From an uncultured bacterium (GTDB lineage Bacteria > Armatimonadota > UBA5829): 49,886 nucleotides of DNA. Position numbers and translations under genes: made by a program. Under the pieces are notes generated by a model, which saw only the letters and a list, made by a program, of their open reading frames with translations, did no database searches and was not told where the DNA came from. Each line of letters starts with the position of its first letter. Position 1 is the first letter of the stretch. Of the stretch, positions 20,285-32,699 are shown one piece after another. Where the stretch lies: NCBI GenBank assembly GCA_964431685.1, contig CAYSLA010000004.1, positions 2,458 to 52,343 of the forward strand. Reading direction: 5' to 3'.

Positions 20285-21517
20285 TCAGGCAGCCTTTGAG
20301 CTGCTATCGTCTTCGCCGTACTTGACGACGGAGGTCAGAGCCGCCACAACGTCCGGGTCGAACTGTGTGCCAGTACCCTGCTCGAGTCGAAGCATTGCAC
20401 ATCGTGGAGTCAGGAGTCGGTAGTTCGTAGCTGTCAGCATGGCATCGTGGGCGTCGACTGCGGCCAGAATTCTGGATCCCAGCGGAATAACGGTGCCGAC
20501 AAGGCCTTCCGGATATCCGCTGCCGTCGAAACGCTCGTGGTCGCGGCCGGCGATGTCTGCAATGGCGCTGAGCTCCTCCCGATCAGGCAGGCAATTCAGA
20601 ACGTCCATCGTGAGTAGAGCGTGCTTTCTCACCTGCCTGCTCTCCTCGTCGGAGTACCTTCCGGTCTTGCTGAGCAGTGCAGCAGAAAGCCCGAGCATTC
20701 CGCAGTCGTGAACGAGACCAGCCCGATATATAGCGTGTGAATCGGATTCGGAGACGTCCATAGCCCGAGCGACTTCGCGCGCCATATTGGCCACCCGAAG
20801 AGAGTGCCCGCGGCTGTTACTGTCCTTGAGGTCCACCAGGATGGCGATGAGATGAAACAGCCTTTCAACTATCGTGTCACTATCAGGTTCGCTATCCTCA
20901 GAAGTGGTATCCAAGACACTCAACGTGCGTTCCTTGAGAGACTTGGGTAGACAGATGTCTCGCAGGAAGTCTGAGTCTAGAGCAACTCGCGCAACTGCTT
21001 CCCACATTTGTTCGGACCACACGAGACCGTTTGCCTTTGAGCTTCGAAGAACACGGTCAACAACTGCGGCCTGCGAAACAAACAACCCTGCCATATCCAG
21101 CGCATCCGCAGTGGCCAAGACCTGCGCGCCCATCGGCAGTGACTCCGAGGATATTCCATCCGGATATCCTTTGCCAGAGCAGAGCTCGTGATGCGTGGCA
21201 ATGTAAGTGCTGACCTTATCCATTCCTGTGATGTTCTCAACCAGCAGGGAGCCCCTCCTGGGATGGGACAGTATGTGCGGGTCGTTCTTTTGCTCAGCAA
21301 GCGATTTGTACTCTGTGCCGTGCTTGTAAGCACCAATAACCCCTACGTCGTGCACAAGTCCGGCCAGAAAGACTTCCAAGGCGTCTTGGGGACAGATATC
21401 AACTGCTACTTTGTGCGCAAGAGTTGCCACTCGCCACGCGTGAGCTGGACCTCCAGGCTGTCCTAGATCAGCCATATATCCCAAAACCGCGAATAGATCC
21501 GGTACACGTATGCCCAT
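20285..21517 (-). CDS. Double HD-GYP domain protein (paralog B)
   Basis: HDVG...HHELCSGKGYP and HDCG...DHERFDGSGYP. Confidence 0.9.
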   Translation of the reverse strand: MGIRVPDLFAVLGYMADLGQPGGPAHAWRVATLAHKVAVDICPQDALEVFLAGLVHDVGVIGAYKHGTEYKSLAEQKNDPHILSHPRRGSLLVENITGMDKVSTYIATHHELCSGKGYPDGISSESLPMGAQVLATADALDMAGLFVSQAAVVDRVLRSSKANGLVWSEQMWEAVARVALDSDFLRDICLPKSLKERTLSVLDTTSEDSEPDSDTIVERLFHLIAILVDLKDSNSRGHSLRVANMAREVARAMDVSESDSHAIYRAGLVHDCGMLGLSAALLSKTGRYSDEESRQVRKHALLTMDVLNCLPDREELSAIADIAGRDHERFDGSGYPEGLVGTVIPLGSRILAAVDAHDAMLTATNYRLLTPRCAMLRLEQGTGTQFDPDVVAALTSVVKYGEDDSSSKAA

Positions 21518-21553
21518 TCTTGTAGTCTGCTCTTTCTTAAAGAGAATGGCGGC

Positions 21554-22786
21554 TCACGCCGCCCATTTAGTAGAAACATCGTCACATCGGCTGACGATAG
21601 ACGTGAGCACTTCTACAACCGCGGGGTCGAACTGAGTGCCCGATCTTTGCTGTATTCGTAGAGTAGCTCCAAGTGGGCTTAGCAGACGGTAGTTGCTAGC
21701 CGAGGTGATTGCGTCATAAGCGTCGGCGACGGTTATTATTCTCGATGCGAGCGGGATCGAGTTTCCAGACAGCCCGTCGGGGTAGCCCTTACCGTCGTAT
21801 CTCTCGTGATCGTGACTGGCTATGTAGGCCATTTCGCTCAGTTCGGGCCTGCCTGGTAGGCAACCGATTGTCGCACGGGTCAGCTCGGCGTGTTTCCTAA
21901 CCAGTCTCATCTCTGTCTCGTTCAGATCGTCCGGTTTGACCAACAGAGAGGTAGGTATGCCAAGGCGTCCTATGTCGTGAAGAAGGCCCGCACGATAGAC
22001 CACGTGAGCCTGGTCCGAGTCGAATCCCATGCTCGTAGCGATCTCTTCCGCTATGCAGGCTACGCGGAAAGAGTGCCCCTTGGTGGATGGATCCTTCATG
22101 TCGACCAAGACTGCGGCAAGTACGAATAGTCTTTCCAGGCCCGAGTCGCAGTTGATCTCGTCCGGAACGTGAAGCGTCTGAAGCTCACGAGAGATACTCT
22201 CACGCAGATTCTGGGATGTCAACACACTCCGGTAGAAGTCAGCATCCTGTGCGGACTGTTCCAGAGCTTCGCGCAGATCTGTAGACCACAGACTGTTTAT
22301 CTGGTGACGCACGTCCGTAGTCATACTCCAGAGAGCCTGAGGCCGCGTGAAGATCCCAGAAAGAACCAGAGAATCGACCATACCCAAAATGCGAGTCCCT
22401 GTACTCAGGCACTCGCCTTCCAGACCGTTTGGATACCCCGATCCGTCACAACGCTCGTGATGATGCCTGATGAAACCGGCTGCCGTGGTCAGCCCGGGGA
22501 TGGACTCCACCAATGCCGCGCCCCTGTTACTATGGTCGCGTATGTACGGGTCATCAGCCTGTTCCTCAGACGATATGCACTCAGTAATGTGCCTGGATGC
22601 TCCTACATTCCCCAAATCGTGTAGAAGTCCGGCCATCAAAACGTCAGAGGAAGACTCCGGCAGCAGAATATCTGCGATGTGTTTTGAAATCACCGCAACA
22701 CGCCACGAATGCAAGTGGACGCAATCAGAAGAGACATCGATTGCATGGGATAGTACGCCAAGTAGGTCAGGTGCGCGTATAGACAT
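21554..22786 (-). CDS. Double HD-GYP domain protein (paralog A)
   Basis: HDLG...HHERCDGSGYP and HDIG...DHERYDGKGYP. Confidence 0.9.
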   Translation of the reverse strand: MSIRAPDLLGVLSHAIDVSSDCVHLHSWRVAVISKHIADILLPESSSDVLMAGLLHDLGNVGASRHITECISSEEQADDPYIRDHSNRGAALVESIPGLTTAAGFIRHHHERCDGSGYPNGLEGECLSTGTRILGMVDSLVLSGIFTRPQALWSMTTDVRHQINSLWSTDLREALEQSAQDADFYRSVLTSQNLRESISRELQTLHVPDEINCDSGLERLFVLAAVLVDMKDPSTKGHSFRVACIAEEIATSMGFDSDQAHVVYRAGLLHDIGRLGIPTSLLVKPDDLNETEMRLVRKHAELTRATIGCLPGRPELSEMAYIASHDHERYDGKGYPDGLSGNSIPLASRIITVADAYDAITSASNYRLLSPLGATLRIQQRSGTQFDPAVVEVLTSIVSRCDDVSTKWAA

Positions 22787-22926
22787 AAGTATCTCCCACC
22801 CATAACGTTCCAGGATGTTATTCCATACTCGCGCTCGCTAGTCAACATAGAAGAGTAAAACTGGTGGAACTCAAGGCGGGACAGGATCGATTTAGAAGGT
22901 GTTGGGTGGGAAGAACCTTAGACGAC

Positions 22927-22963
22927 AAAAGAAAAGACGGCCCCCTCAGGAGAGGGAGCCGTC
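22927..22963 (-). terminator. Intrinsic terminator after groEL1
   Basis: gacggctccctc-tcct-gagggggccgtc followed by TTTTCTTTT on the minus strand. Confidence 0.85.
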
Positions 22964-23005
22964 CGCACGTTGCACCTTGCCCCGTGGGGGGCGTCGGTTG
23001 ACGAG

Positions 23006-24637
<1,632 letters not shown>

Positions 24638-24928
24638 CTATTTGGTCTTTATAGCGTATATTGAGTCCTGATCGAGGATAACCAGATCGTTGCCCTCAAC
24701 CGTGACTTCCGTGCCGCCATACTTGGCGTAAACTACGATGTCGCCAACTTTGACGCCCATCTCAGCCCTGGATCCGTCCTCAAGAACCTTGCCTGGGCCA
24801 ATAGCCACTACTTCGCCTTCCTGGGGCTTCTTCTTCGCCGTATCCGGAAGAATGATGCCGCCGGGAGTCGCTTCTTCGCTTTCAAGCGGCCTGATGACCA
24901 CTTTGTCGCCGAGAGGTCTGATGTTCAT
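24638..24928 (-). CDS. groS: Co-chaperonin GroES (copy 1)
   Basis: [27 protein letters not shown]; AGGAGG RBS. Confidence 0.97.
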   Translation of the reverse strand: MNIRPLGDKVVIRPLESEEATPGGIILPDTAKKKPQEGEVVAIGPGKVLEDGSRAEMGVKVGDIVVYAKYGGTEVTVEGNDLVILDQDSIYAIKTK

Positions 24929-24972
24929 TGCGTATTTGCCACCTCCTGTGAGATTGATTGATTGGCTTACTA

Positions 24973-24999
24973 TTAGCACTCTCGACTGCAGAGTGCCAA
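24973..24999 (-). promoter_or_regulatory. CIRCE (HrcA operator) of groESL1
   Basis: TTAGCACTC-N9-GAGTGCCAA. Confidence 0.93.
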
Positions 25000-25002
25000 A
25001 TC

Positions 25003-25031
25003 ATTTTATAGCATACGTGCAAGTCTGTCAA
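25003..25031 (-). promoter_or_regulatory. Sigma70 promoter of groESL1
   Basis: TTGACA-17-TAAAAT directly upstream of CIRCE. Confidence 0.85.
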
Positions 25032-25083
25032 GAGGTTCCGCGAACTTTCTGGCAACTCTATGGTCTCGCTTCTGGAAACGGCA

Positions 25084-25668
25084 CTACAAGGGCTGGGCCT
25101 CGCCGTGGCACTGACCAGCGATGATGTCGTCCAGACTTGGGCAGAACGCCTGGAAGCTGTTCGCTTCAATGATGGTTCTCCACCGTTGCCTCTGGTCGTC
25201 TTCCAGTAGGTACGGTATGAACCCCAGTTGGAGGTATGTCTTTATCGCGGGCACGCGGTGGTCGTCGGTCCGCAACATCGCGCGTTTTCGGCCCTCAAAG
25301 ACGAATCTGTGCAACACAGCAAGGGAGACCCAGTAGCCGAGTTTCTTGCCGGTGTGGTCAGGTCTGGTGGCTACCCAGTGGACGTATCCGGTGTCGGTTC
25401 CCCATTTAGGTATGTACCAGGCCGATGCGGTAGCGACAGGAATGTCGTTCCAGGTGACAAACAGTATCCGCTCAGGTGAGCAGGCGGCATCCGTTGCCAT
25501 CATATCGTGAAAACTGCGCGGTGCGTCGCTCTCACCAAACGCCTGATTGAGGATGTCTTCCCAGAGTTGTTCGTCACACGGCAGGAAATGCCGGATGGAG
25601 TAGCCGTTCGGAAGAACCACTGCCGGAAGACTGTCTAAGTTCTCTCTCACCATTGCCAACTGTTTCAC
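25084..25668 (-). CDS. GNAT family N-acetyltransferase
   Basis: VHWVATRPDHTGKKLG, AIKTYLQLGF; GAGGAG RBS. Confidence 0.85.
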   Translation of the reverse strand: MKQLAMVRENLDSLPAVVLPNGYSIRHFLPCDEQLWEDILNQAFGESDAPRSFHDMMATDAACSPERILFVTWNDIPVATASAWYIPKWGTDTGYVHWVATRPDHTGKKLGYWVSLAVLHRFVFEGRKRAMLRTDDHRVPAIKTYLQLGFIPYLLEDDQRQRWRTIIEANSFQAFCPSLDDIIAGQCHGEAQPL

Positions 25669-25751
25669 AGATCGCGCTCCTCATTTCGTCAAACACGTTT
25701 GCCCTACTGGTTTCGGCTCCTGCGGGTTTCGTGTGCCCGGGCTCTGTAGTT

Positions 25752-25780
25752 ATGATATGCCAGCCTGCACTCGCTGTCAA
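25752..25780 (-). promoter_or_regulatory. Sigma70 promoter of GNAT gene
   Basis: TTGACA-17-TATCAT. Confidence 0.65.
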
Positions 25781-25808
25781 AGATTATTTCAAATAGCAGA
25801 ATTCGCGC

Positions 25809-25837
25809 TTGACAGCAGCGCAAAAAGCAGGTAAAAT
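25809..25837 (+). promoter_or_regulatory. Sigma70 promoter of groESL2
   Basis: TTGACA-17-TAAAAT. Confidence 0.85.
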
Positions 25838-25845
25838 GCGTTCGG

Positions 25846-25872
25846 TTAGCACTCGTATGGCGCGAGTGCTAA
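25846..25872 (+). promoter_or_regulatory. CIRCE (HrcA operator) of groESL2
   Basis: Perfect TTAGCACTC-N9-GAGTGCTAA. Confidence 0.95.
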
Positions 25873-25912
25873 CCGAACAAACAATACAAATCTGTCATGG
25901 GGGTGCTTTGAA

Positions 25913-26221
25913 GTGCTTAAGCCATTGGGAGACAGGATAATTGCCAAGCGTGTTTCGGCTGACGAAGTGACTGCCGGAGGGATTGTTCTTCCGGACAGCG
26001 CGAAAGAAAAGCCGCAGCAGGCTGACGTAATCGCGGTTGGACCTGGTACGCAGTTGGATTCCGGAAAGAAAGCTCCGATGGATGTTGCCGTTGGCGACAA
26101 GGTCATCTACGGCAAGTATGCCGGCACGGAAGTCAAGGTCGGCACGGAGGAATATGTTATCCTGCGCCAGGAAGATGTTCTGGCTATTCTGGACAGCTGC
26201 AAGAGCTGCAAAAAGAAATAG
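25913..26221 (+). CDS. groS: Co-chaperonin GroES (copy 2) with CxxC-KKK tail
   Basis: LKPLGDRI, GGIVLPDSAKEKPQ, KYAGTEV, ends SCKSCKKK. Confidence 0.97.
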   Translation: MLKPLGDRIIAKRVSADEVTAGGIVLPDSAKEKPQQADVIAVGPGTQLDSGKKAPMDVAVGDKVIYGKYAGTEVKVGTEEYVILRQEDVLAILDSCKSCKKK

Positions 26222-27916
<1,695 letters not shown>

Positions 27917-27970
27917 CGTTCGCCCTCGTTGTCCAGAATGAATACCATTGTCATTCCGTGCGACACCATC

Positions 27971-28034
27971 TGTCATTCCGAACGAACGTGAGGAATCTCC
28001 TGGCCGGGGATTTCTCCCTGCGGTCGAAATGACA
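27971..28034. repeat. GTCA...TGAC palindromic element, copy 3 (partial duplicate at 27944-27958)
   Basis: tgtcattccgaacgaacgtgaggaatctcc...ggatttctccctgcggtcgaaatgaca. Confidence 0.8.
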
Positions 28035-28156
28035 CGTCTCGAACGTGATTTCCGTATCGGCTGGCCGTGCCCGATCAGGGTGCGGCCAGTTGTTTTTTGC
28101 TATAATGATGTATCCTGGATTGGTTCTCTAAGCATCACGGACTGGACTTGGAGTCA

Positions 28157-29530
28157 ATGACCGACTTGTTTGAACACGAAGACAATGCGTCAATGGCGGG
28201 GCAACCGCTTAGTTCCCGCCTTAGGCCTCGCACACTAGACGAGTTCTATGGACAGAGCCATCTGCTGGCGGAGAACTCGTTGCTGCGGGTGATGATAGAG
28301 CGTGACGAGCTTTCGTCCCTGATTTTCTGGGGACCGCCGGGTTGTGGGAAGAGCACGCTGGCGTGGATTATCGCGAGGACTACCAGTTGCCGCTTTGAGA
28401 ACTTTAGTGCAGTGACCAGCGGCGTTCCGGAAATGCGTGAGGTTGTCAAGAATGCTAGAGAACGGCGCAAACTGCACGACACCCGCACCATCCTCTTCGT
28501 CGACGAGATTCACCGGTTCAACAAGGCTCAGCAGGATGTTTTGCTGCCTCACGTTGAAGATGGTAGTGTAATCCTCATTGGCGCAACCACGGAGAATCCA
28601 TACTTCGAAATCAATTCGCCTCTAATCTCACGTTCCAGAATTCTTCGATTCGAGCCACTCTCTGATGAGGACATTCTGTCCATCCTGCGCAACGCTCTAT
28701 CCGATGAAGGCCGAGGTCTTGGCGGGATAGATGTGGTTGTCGATGATGACGCCCTGGCGCACATTGTGAATGTGTGCGGAGGCGATGCACGAAATGCCTT
28801 GAATGCCCTCGAAGTTGCCGCAATAGCTGCACCTGTGGAGCAGGGCACTGGTAGCAGGCGAGTCACGGTGGCTGTTGCTGAAGAAGCGATGCAGGAACGG
28901 GTGATGCGCTATGACAAAAACGGTGACAGTCACTACGACACAATATCGGCGTTCATTAAGTCGATCAGGGGGTCTGATCCTGACGCTGCGATCTACTGGC
29001 TGGCCAGGATGCTTTCAGCGGGCGAGGATCCGAAGTTCGTGGCAAGACGCATGGTTATCGCCGCATCCGAAGACATAGGAAACGCCGACCCGATGGGACT
29101 TGTCATCGCCAACGCGGCAGCTCAGGCAGTGCAGTTCGTGGGAATGCCTGAGGCTCGAATACCCCTTGCTCAGGCAGTGACATATCTTGCCTGTGCCCCG
29201 AAGAGCAACGCCAGCTACCTGGCGATTGACCGGGCGCTTCGAGACGTAGCTGAGATGAAATCTCCGCCGGTGCCAGTGCATCTGCGCGATACCAGCTACC
29301 CTGGAGCGAAGAAGCTGGGGCACGGGAAAGGATACAAGTACCCACACGACCACCCGGGACATTTCGTCGAGCAGCAATATCTGCCGGATTCTGCCACCGG
29401 GCCTTACTATGAACCCACGGATAACGGACACGAGGCGCGGTTCAAGCAGAGACTGGAGAGGCTTAGGCCATCGGCCCCTGGTGCCGCTGAAGACGTGACT
29501 CAGCCGACACCACCAGAACGGGACTCTTGA
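28157..29530 (+). CDS. rarA: Replication-associated recombination protein A (MgsA)
   Basis: GPPGCGKS, DEIHRFNKAQQD, GATTENP, KSIRGSDPDA, ASEDIGNADP. Confidence 0.96.
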   Translation: MTDLFEHEDNASMAGQPLSSRLRPRTLDEFYGQSHLLAENSLLRVMIERDELSSLIFWGPPGCGKSTLAWIIARTTSCRFENFSAVTSGVPEMREVVKNARERRKLHDTRTILFVDEIHRFNKAQQDVLLPHVEDGSVILIGATTENPYFEINSPLISRSRILRFEPLSDEDILSILRNALSDEGRGLGGIDVVVDDDALAHIVNVCGGDARNALNALEVAAIAAPVEQGTGSRRVTVAVAEEAMQERVMRYDKNGDSHYDTISAFIKSIRGSDPDAAIYWLARMLSAGEDPKFVARRMVIAASEDIGNADPMGLVIANAAAQAVQFVGMPEARIPLAQAVTYLACAPKSNASYLAIDRALRDVAEMKSPPVPVHLRDTSYPGAKKLGHGKGYKYPHDHPGHFVEQQYLPDSATGPYYEPTDNGHEARFKQRLERLRPSAPGAAEDVTQPTPPERDS

Positions 29531-29681
29531 CACAGACAGAAGCAGGCCTGAATGCTGCGTCTTTCTTACGCTGCGCTGTCTTCGTGGAAAAAAAGTGTTT
29601 GTGGTTTGCTGTCGGATGGGATATAATACGTGGTGGAACGATTGTTGCTGCGGAATCTATCCTATTTTGGAGGGTGACAAC

Positions 29682-30020
29682 ATGTCTGATCAGCACGACG
29701 AACGAAACATTATCGCGAACTTCCTTCTTGGCCTGGGTATCGGTGCCATCATTGGTGGGGCAACGGCTCTCCTGCTGGCTCCCAAGGCCGGTTCAGAGAC
29801 CAGAGAAGATATCAAACACGCTACGGATGAGTTCAAGCAGAAAGCAACAAAGGTTGCTCAGGACTTGACGGAATCAGGGGAAGAACTGATCAAGAAGAGC
29901 CGTGAGATGCTCGAAGTCACGAAGGAGAAGGTGCAAGACGCCATCGATGCCGGCAAGAAGGCTGTCGCTCACAAGTGCGCGGAGACTGGAGATTCCAGCG
30001 ATGACGAGACAAGAGCCTGA
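29682..30020 (+). CDS. YtxH domain general stress protein
   Basis: FLLGLGIGAIIGGATALLLAPKAGSETR; GGAGG RBS. Confidence 0.88.
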   Translation: MSDQHDERNIIANFLLGLGIGAIIGGATALLLAPKAGSETREDIKHATDEFKQKATKVAQDLTESGEELIKKSREMLEVTKEKVQDAIDAGKKAVAHKCAETGDSSDDETRA

Positions 30021-30042
30021 CTAGAACAGAGGTGATGCTCAA

Positions 30043-30399
30043 GTGAGTTTCAGTATCGATACACGCATCGAGGGCAACTCTCTGCCTGTGATGGAGTTGT
30101 CGGGCGAGATAGACGTCTACAGTTCACGGCAACTCAAACAGCAGATGATTGCCGTGATAGAGAGTGGCTCCAAGGAAATGGTGGTTGACCTGACTGACGT
30201 CGTGTATCTCGACAGTTCGGCGCTTGGTGTATTCATCGGTGGACTGAAGCGTATGCGAGAAGTCAACGGAAACATCCTGCTTGTCTGCCCGAGCGAGAGG
30301 ATCAGGCGCGTGTTCGAGATCACGGGTTTGGACCATATCTTTGACATCTACGATAAGAAAGAAGAAGCTATGCAGGGCCTCGGAAGGGAGAGCGAATAG
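30043..30399 (+). CDS. rsbV: STAS anti-sigma-factor antagonist
   Basis: GEIDVYS, YLDSSALGV, RVFEITGL. Confidence 0.88.
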   Translation: MSFSIDTRIEGNSLPVMELSGEIDVYSSRQLKQQMIAVIESGSKEMVVDLTDVVYLDSSALGVFIGGLKRMREVNGNILLVCPSERIRRVFEITGLDHIFDIYDKKEEAMQGLGRESE

Positions 30400-30401
30400 A
30401 C

Positions 30402-30818
30402 TTGGAGACCGAGGAATGCGTTGCTTGTGTTGATCTGAGGATCCCGTGCAAGCCCGAATATGTGGGAGTAGCTCGGCTTGCCATACTTGGTGTGGCAAGC
30501 CGGATGAAATTCAACTACGATGACGTCGAGGACGTGCGTCTGGCTGTCGGTGAGACTTGCACCACAAGCGTTGACTGGGCGCAGCGAAATGGCCGCACGG
30601 ACACCGTAATTACTCTCAGAAGTGAGATTCGCCCGGACAGTCTTTACATCGAGATAATAGACGATGCGGGCCCACGCGGAGAGAGGGCCGCTGATCCGGA
30701 CGATGAGCAAGATGGACTTGGGACGCTCCTTGTTACGCTATTGGTGGACGAGGTCACCGTATCTGCTCTTGATAGCGGCACAAGTGTTCGGATGGTAAAG
30801 TATGCCAGGGAACGATAG
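30402..30818 (+). CDS. rsbW: Anti-sigma factor, RsbW-like (degenerate ATP-binding N box)
   Basis: PEYVGVARL...GVASRM...EDVRLAVGE; GLG..L...LVDEV; lies between STAS and sigma genes. Confidence 0.82.
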   Translation: METEECVACVDLRIPCKPEYVGVARLAILGVASRMKFNYDDVEDVRLAVGETCTTSVDWAQRNGRTDTVITLRSEIRPDSLYIEIIDDAGPRGERAADPDDEQDGLGTLLVTLLVDEVTVSALDSGTSVRMVKYARER

Positions 30819-31590
30819 TGCGCCGGATGAGATTAAAGGCGTTCCCGACCACTCCGAAGAGGAAGCCGACCGAATATTCCGGGAATACATTGCCACCCGC
30901 GACGTGAAACATCGTGACAAGCTGGTGTTGATGCACCAGAACCTCGTCCGTTACCTGGCGGGCAAGTTTGCCAATCGCGGAGAGCCCGTAGAGGATCTCG
31001 TGCAGGTTGGGCTTATCGGCCTGATCAATGCCATTGACCGCTACGATCCAGCCCGCGGCACGAAGTTCTCGACGTATGCTACGCCCACAGTGGTTGGAGA
31101 GATAAGGCGTCATTTTAGAGATCGTGCGTGGTCTCTGAAGGTTCCCCGACGTCTTCAGGAACTCAACATCCTGACAAACAAGAGCAAGGAAGAACTGCGT
31201 CGCAAACTCGGCCGGACCCCCACGATCGAGGAGATTGCAGAGCATCTTGGTGTAAGCGAAGAGGAGACGCTGGAGGCGATGGAACTTGGTAACGCCTATG
31301 ACACCGTCTCCTTGGACGCCAGGACTGCCGGTGACGGCGACTCCGCCCAAATGACGCTCGCTGAGTTCCTCGGAGGCAACGACATAGCCCTTGATTCCAT
31401 AGAGGACTACGGCGACCTGGAACAGGCCATGGGGCGGCTCGATCCAAGGGAGTGGATGATCATCTACTGTCGTTACTTCGAGGACATGAGCCAAACTGAC
31501 GTCGCGAAAAAGCTCAATATATCGCAGATGCACGTGTCCCGGTTGCAGCAGAAGGCTCTCAGAAAACTCAAACAGATGTTGAGTTCCTAG
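30802..31590 (+). CDS. SigB/SigF/SigG-family RNA polymerase sigma factor
   Basis: EDLVQVGLIGL, FSTYATPTVVGEIRRHFRD, ISQMHVSRL. Confidence 0.93.
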   Translation: MPGNDSAPDEIKGVPDHSEEEADRIFREYIATRDVKHRDKLVLMHQNLVRYLAGKFANRGEPVEDLVQVGLIGLINAIDRYDPARGTKFSTYATPTVVGEIRRHFRDRAWSLKVPRRLQELNILTNKSKEELRRKLGRTPTIEEIAEHLGVSEEETLEAMELGNAYDTVSLDARTAGDGDSAQMTLAEFLGGNDIALDSIEDYGDLEQAMGRLDPREWMIIYCRYFEDMSQTDVAKKLNISQMHVSRLQQKALRKLKQMLSS

Positions 31591-32693
31591 TCATCAGTAT
31601 AGACCCTCGGTATCTGCGCGCCCACTGGTATGCGCATCGCAGGTACAATCACCTCGTCGCCAATAGTCACCTCCGGTATGTCGGTCACATCGACTACGAC
31701 CAACTGCATTGCCACCCTGCCAAGCACATTGGCACGCTTTCCGCGTATGGTGACATGCGGCTTTCTGCGGGCGCGTTTGACGGCGAAGACGAGTGGGTTC
31801 ATTCGATAGAGAGGACCTTCCGGAGCCAGCGTAAAACCGTCCGCGAAGCCCACCGGTATGACGGCGGATAGAGTGTCGCGCTTTAGTGTGCACTCCCCAC
31901 CGTAGCCAACACGTGTGCCGCGTCTCAGTTGCTTTATGTCGCACACACGTGATTTCAGAACCCAGCTATTCTGAAGCTTCATCGCCTTTCTTACGCGGGC
32001 AGAAGGATGCTGCCCATAGAGTATGGTTCCGGCGCGGACCATGTCGAAACGATATCTTGGGAACCTGACCAGACCAGCGCTGTTACACGCGTGAATTAGC
32101 CCGGTAGGGAGACGGTGATCGCGAGCACGTTCGATGACCTCATGGAAAACCTGAAGCTGAGTGAGTGCGGACCGGGCCGAACGGTGGCCAGCGTTCGCCA
32201 GATGGGTGTACAGGCCGGCAATCCTGATGCTGGACGATGAAGCGGCGTCGGTTATGAGGCCAATGGCATCAGAGTGCTCGACTCCCAGCCTGCCCATTCC
32301 AGTGTCCACTTTGATGTGAACCGGAATGTCCGTGCCAAGGCTTCTCGCGCACTCGGCCGCCGCGCGCAGGGATGCGTGGCTGGTTACAGTGATGTCCAAT
32401 CTTGCAGATACGGCTTCGGATAGATTGTCGGCCAAGATCGGGGCAAATACCAGAATGGGCGCGGTGATTCCCGCCTGACGCAGCGCTATCGCTTCATCAA
32501 TTCTCGTGACCCCGAGGTAGTCCGCGCCGGCCTGCACAAACGCTCTTGCTGGTTCGGCATACCCGTGTCCGAAGCCGTTGCCCTTGACAACGGCCAGGAT
32601 ACGCACATTCGGGCCAACCAGTTTCCTTACAGCCTCTACATTGTGGCGTAGTGCCCCCAGATTTACTTCGACCCAGACATCAGGAATGCTCAC
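31587..32693 (-). CDS. alr: Alanine racemase family PLP enzyme (variant motifs)
   Basis: AVVKGNGFGHG, HIKVDTGMGRLG, HACNSAG, VGYGG, GRVAMQ. Confidence 0.85.
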   Translation of the reverse strand: MSIPDVWVEVNLGALRHNVEAVRKLVGPNVRILAVVKGNGFGHGYAEPARAFVQAGADYLGVTRIDEAIALRQAGITAPILVFAPILADNLSEAVSARLDITVTSHASLRAAAECARSLGTDIPVHIKVDTGMGRLGVEHSDAIGLITDAASSSSIRIAGLYTHLANAGHRSARSALTQLQVFHEVIERARDHRLPTGLIHACNSAGLVRFPRYRFDMVRAGTILYGQHPSARVRKAMKLQNSWVLKSRVCDIKQLRRGTRVGYGGECTLKRDTLSAVIPVGFADGFTLAPEGPLYRMNPLVFAVKRARRKPHVTIRGKRANVLGRVAMQLVVVDVTDIPEVTIGDEVIVPAMRIPVGAQIPRVYTDD

Positions 32694-32699
32694 GATGAC

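Noticed and set aside
29597-29627. SigB-type promoter before ytxH; GGAATA motifs before several genes
   Set aside because: -10 deviates from GGGWAW, spacing is inconsistent between sites, and a TATAAT explains the site
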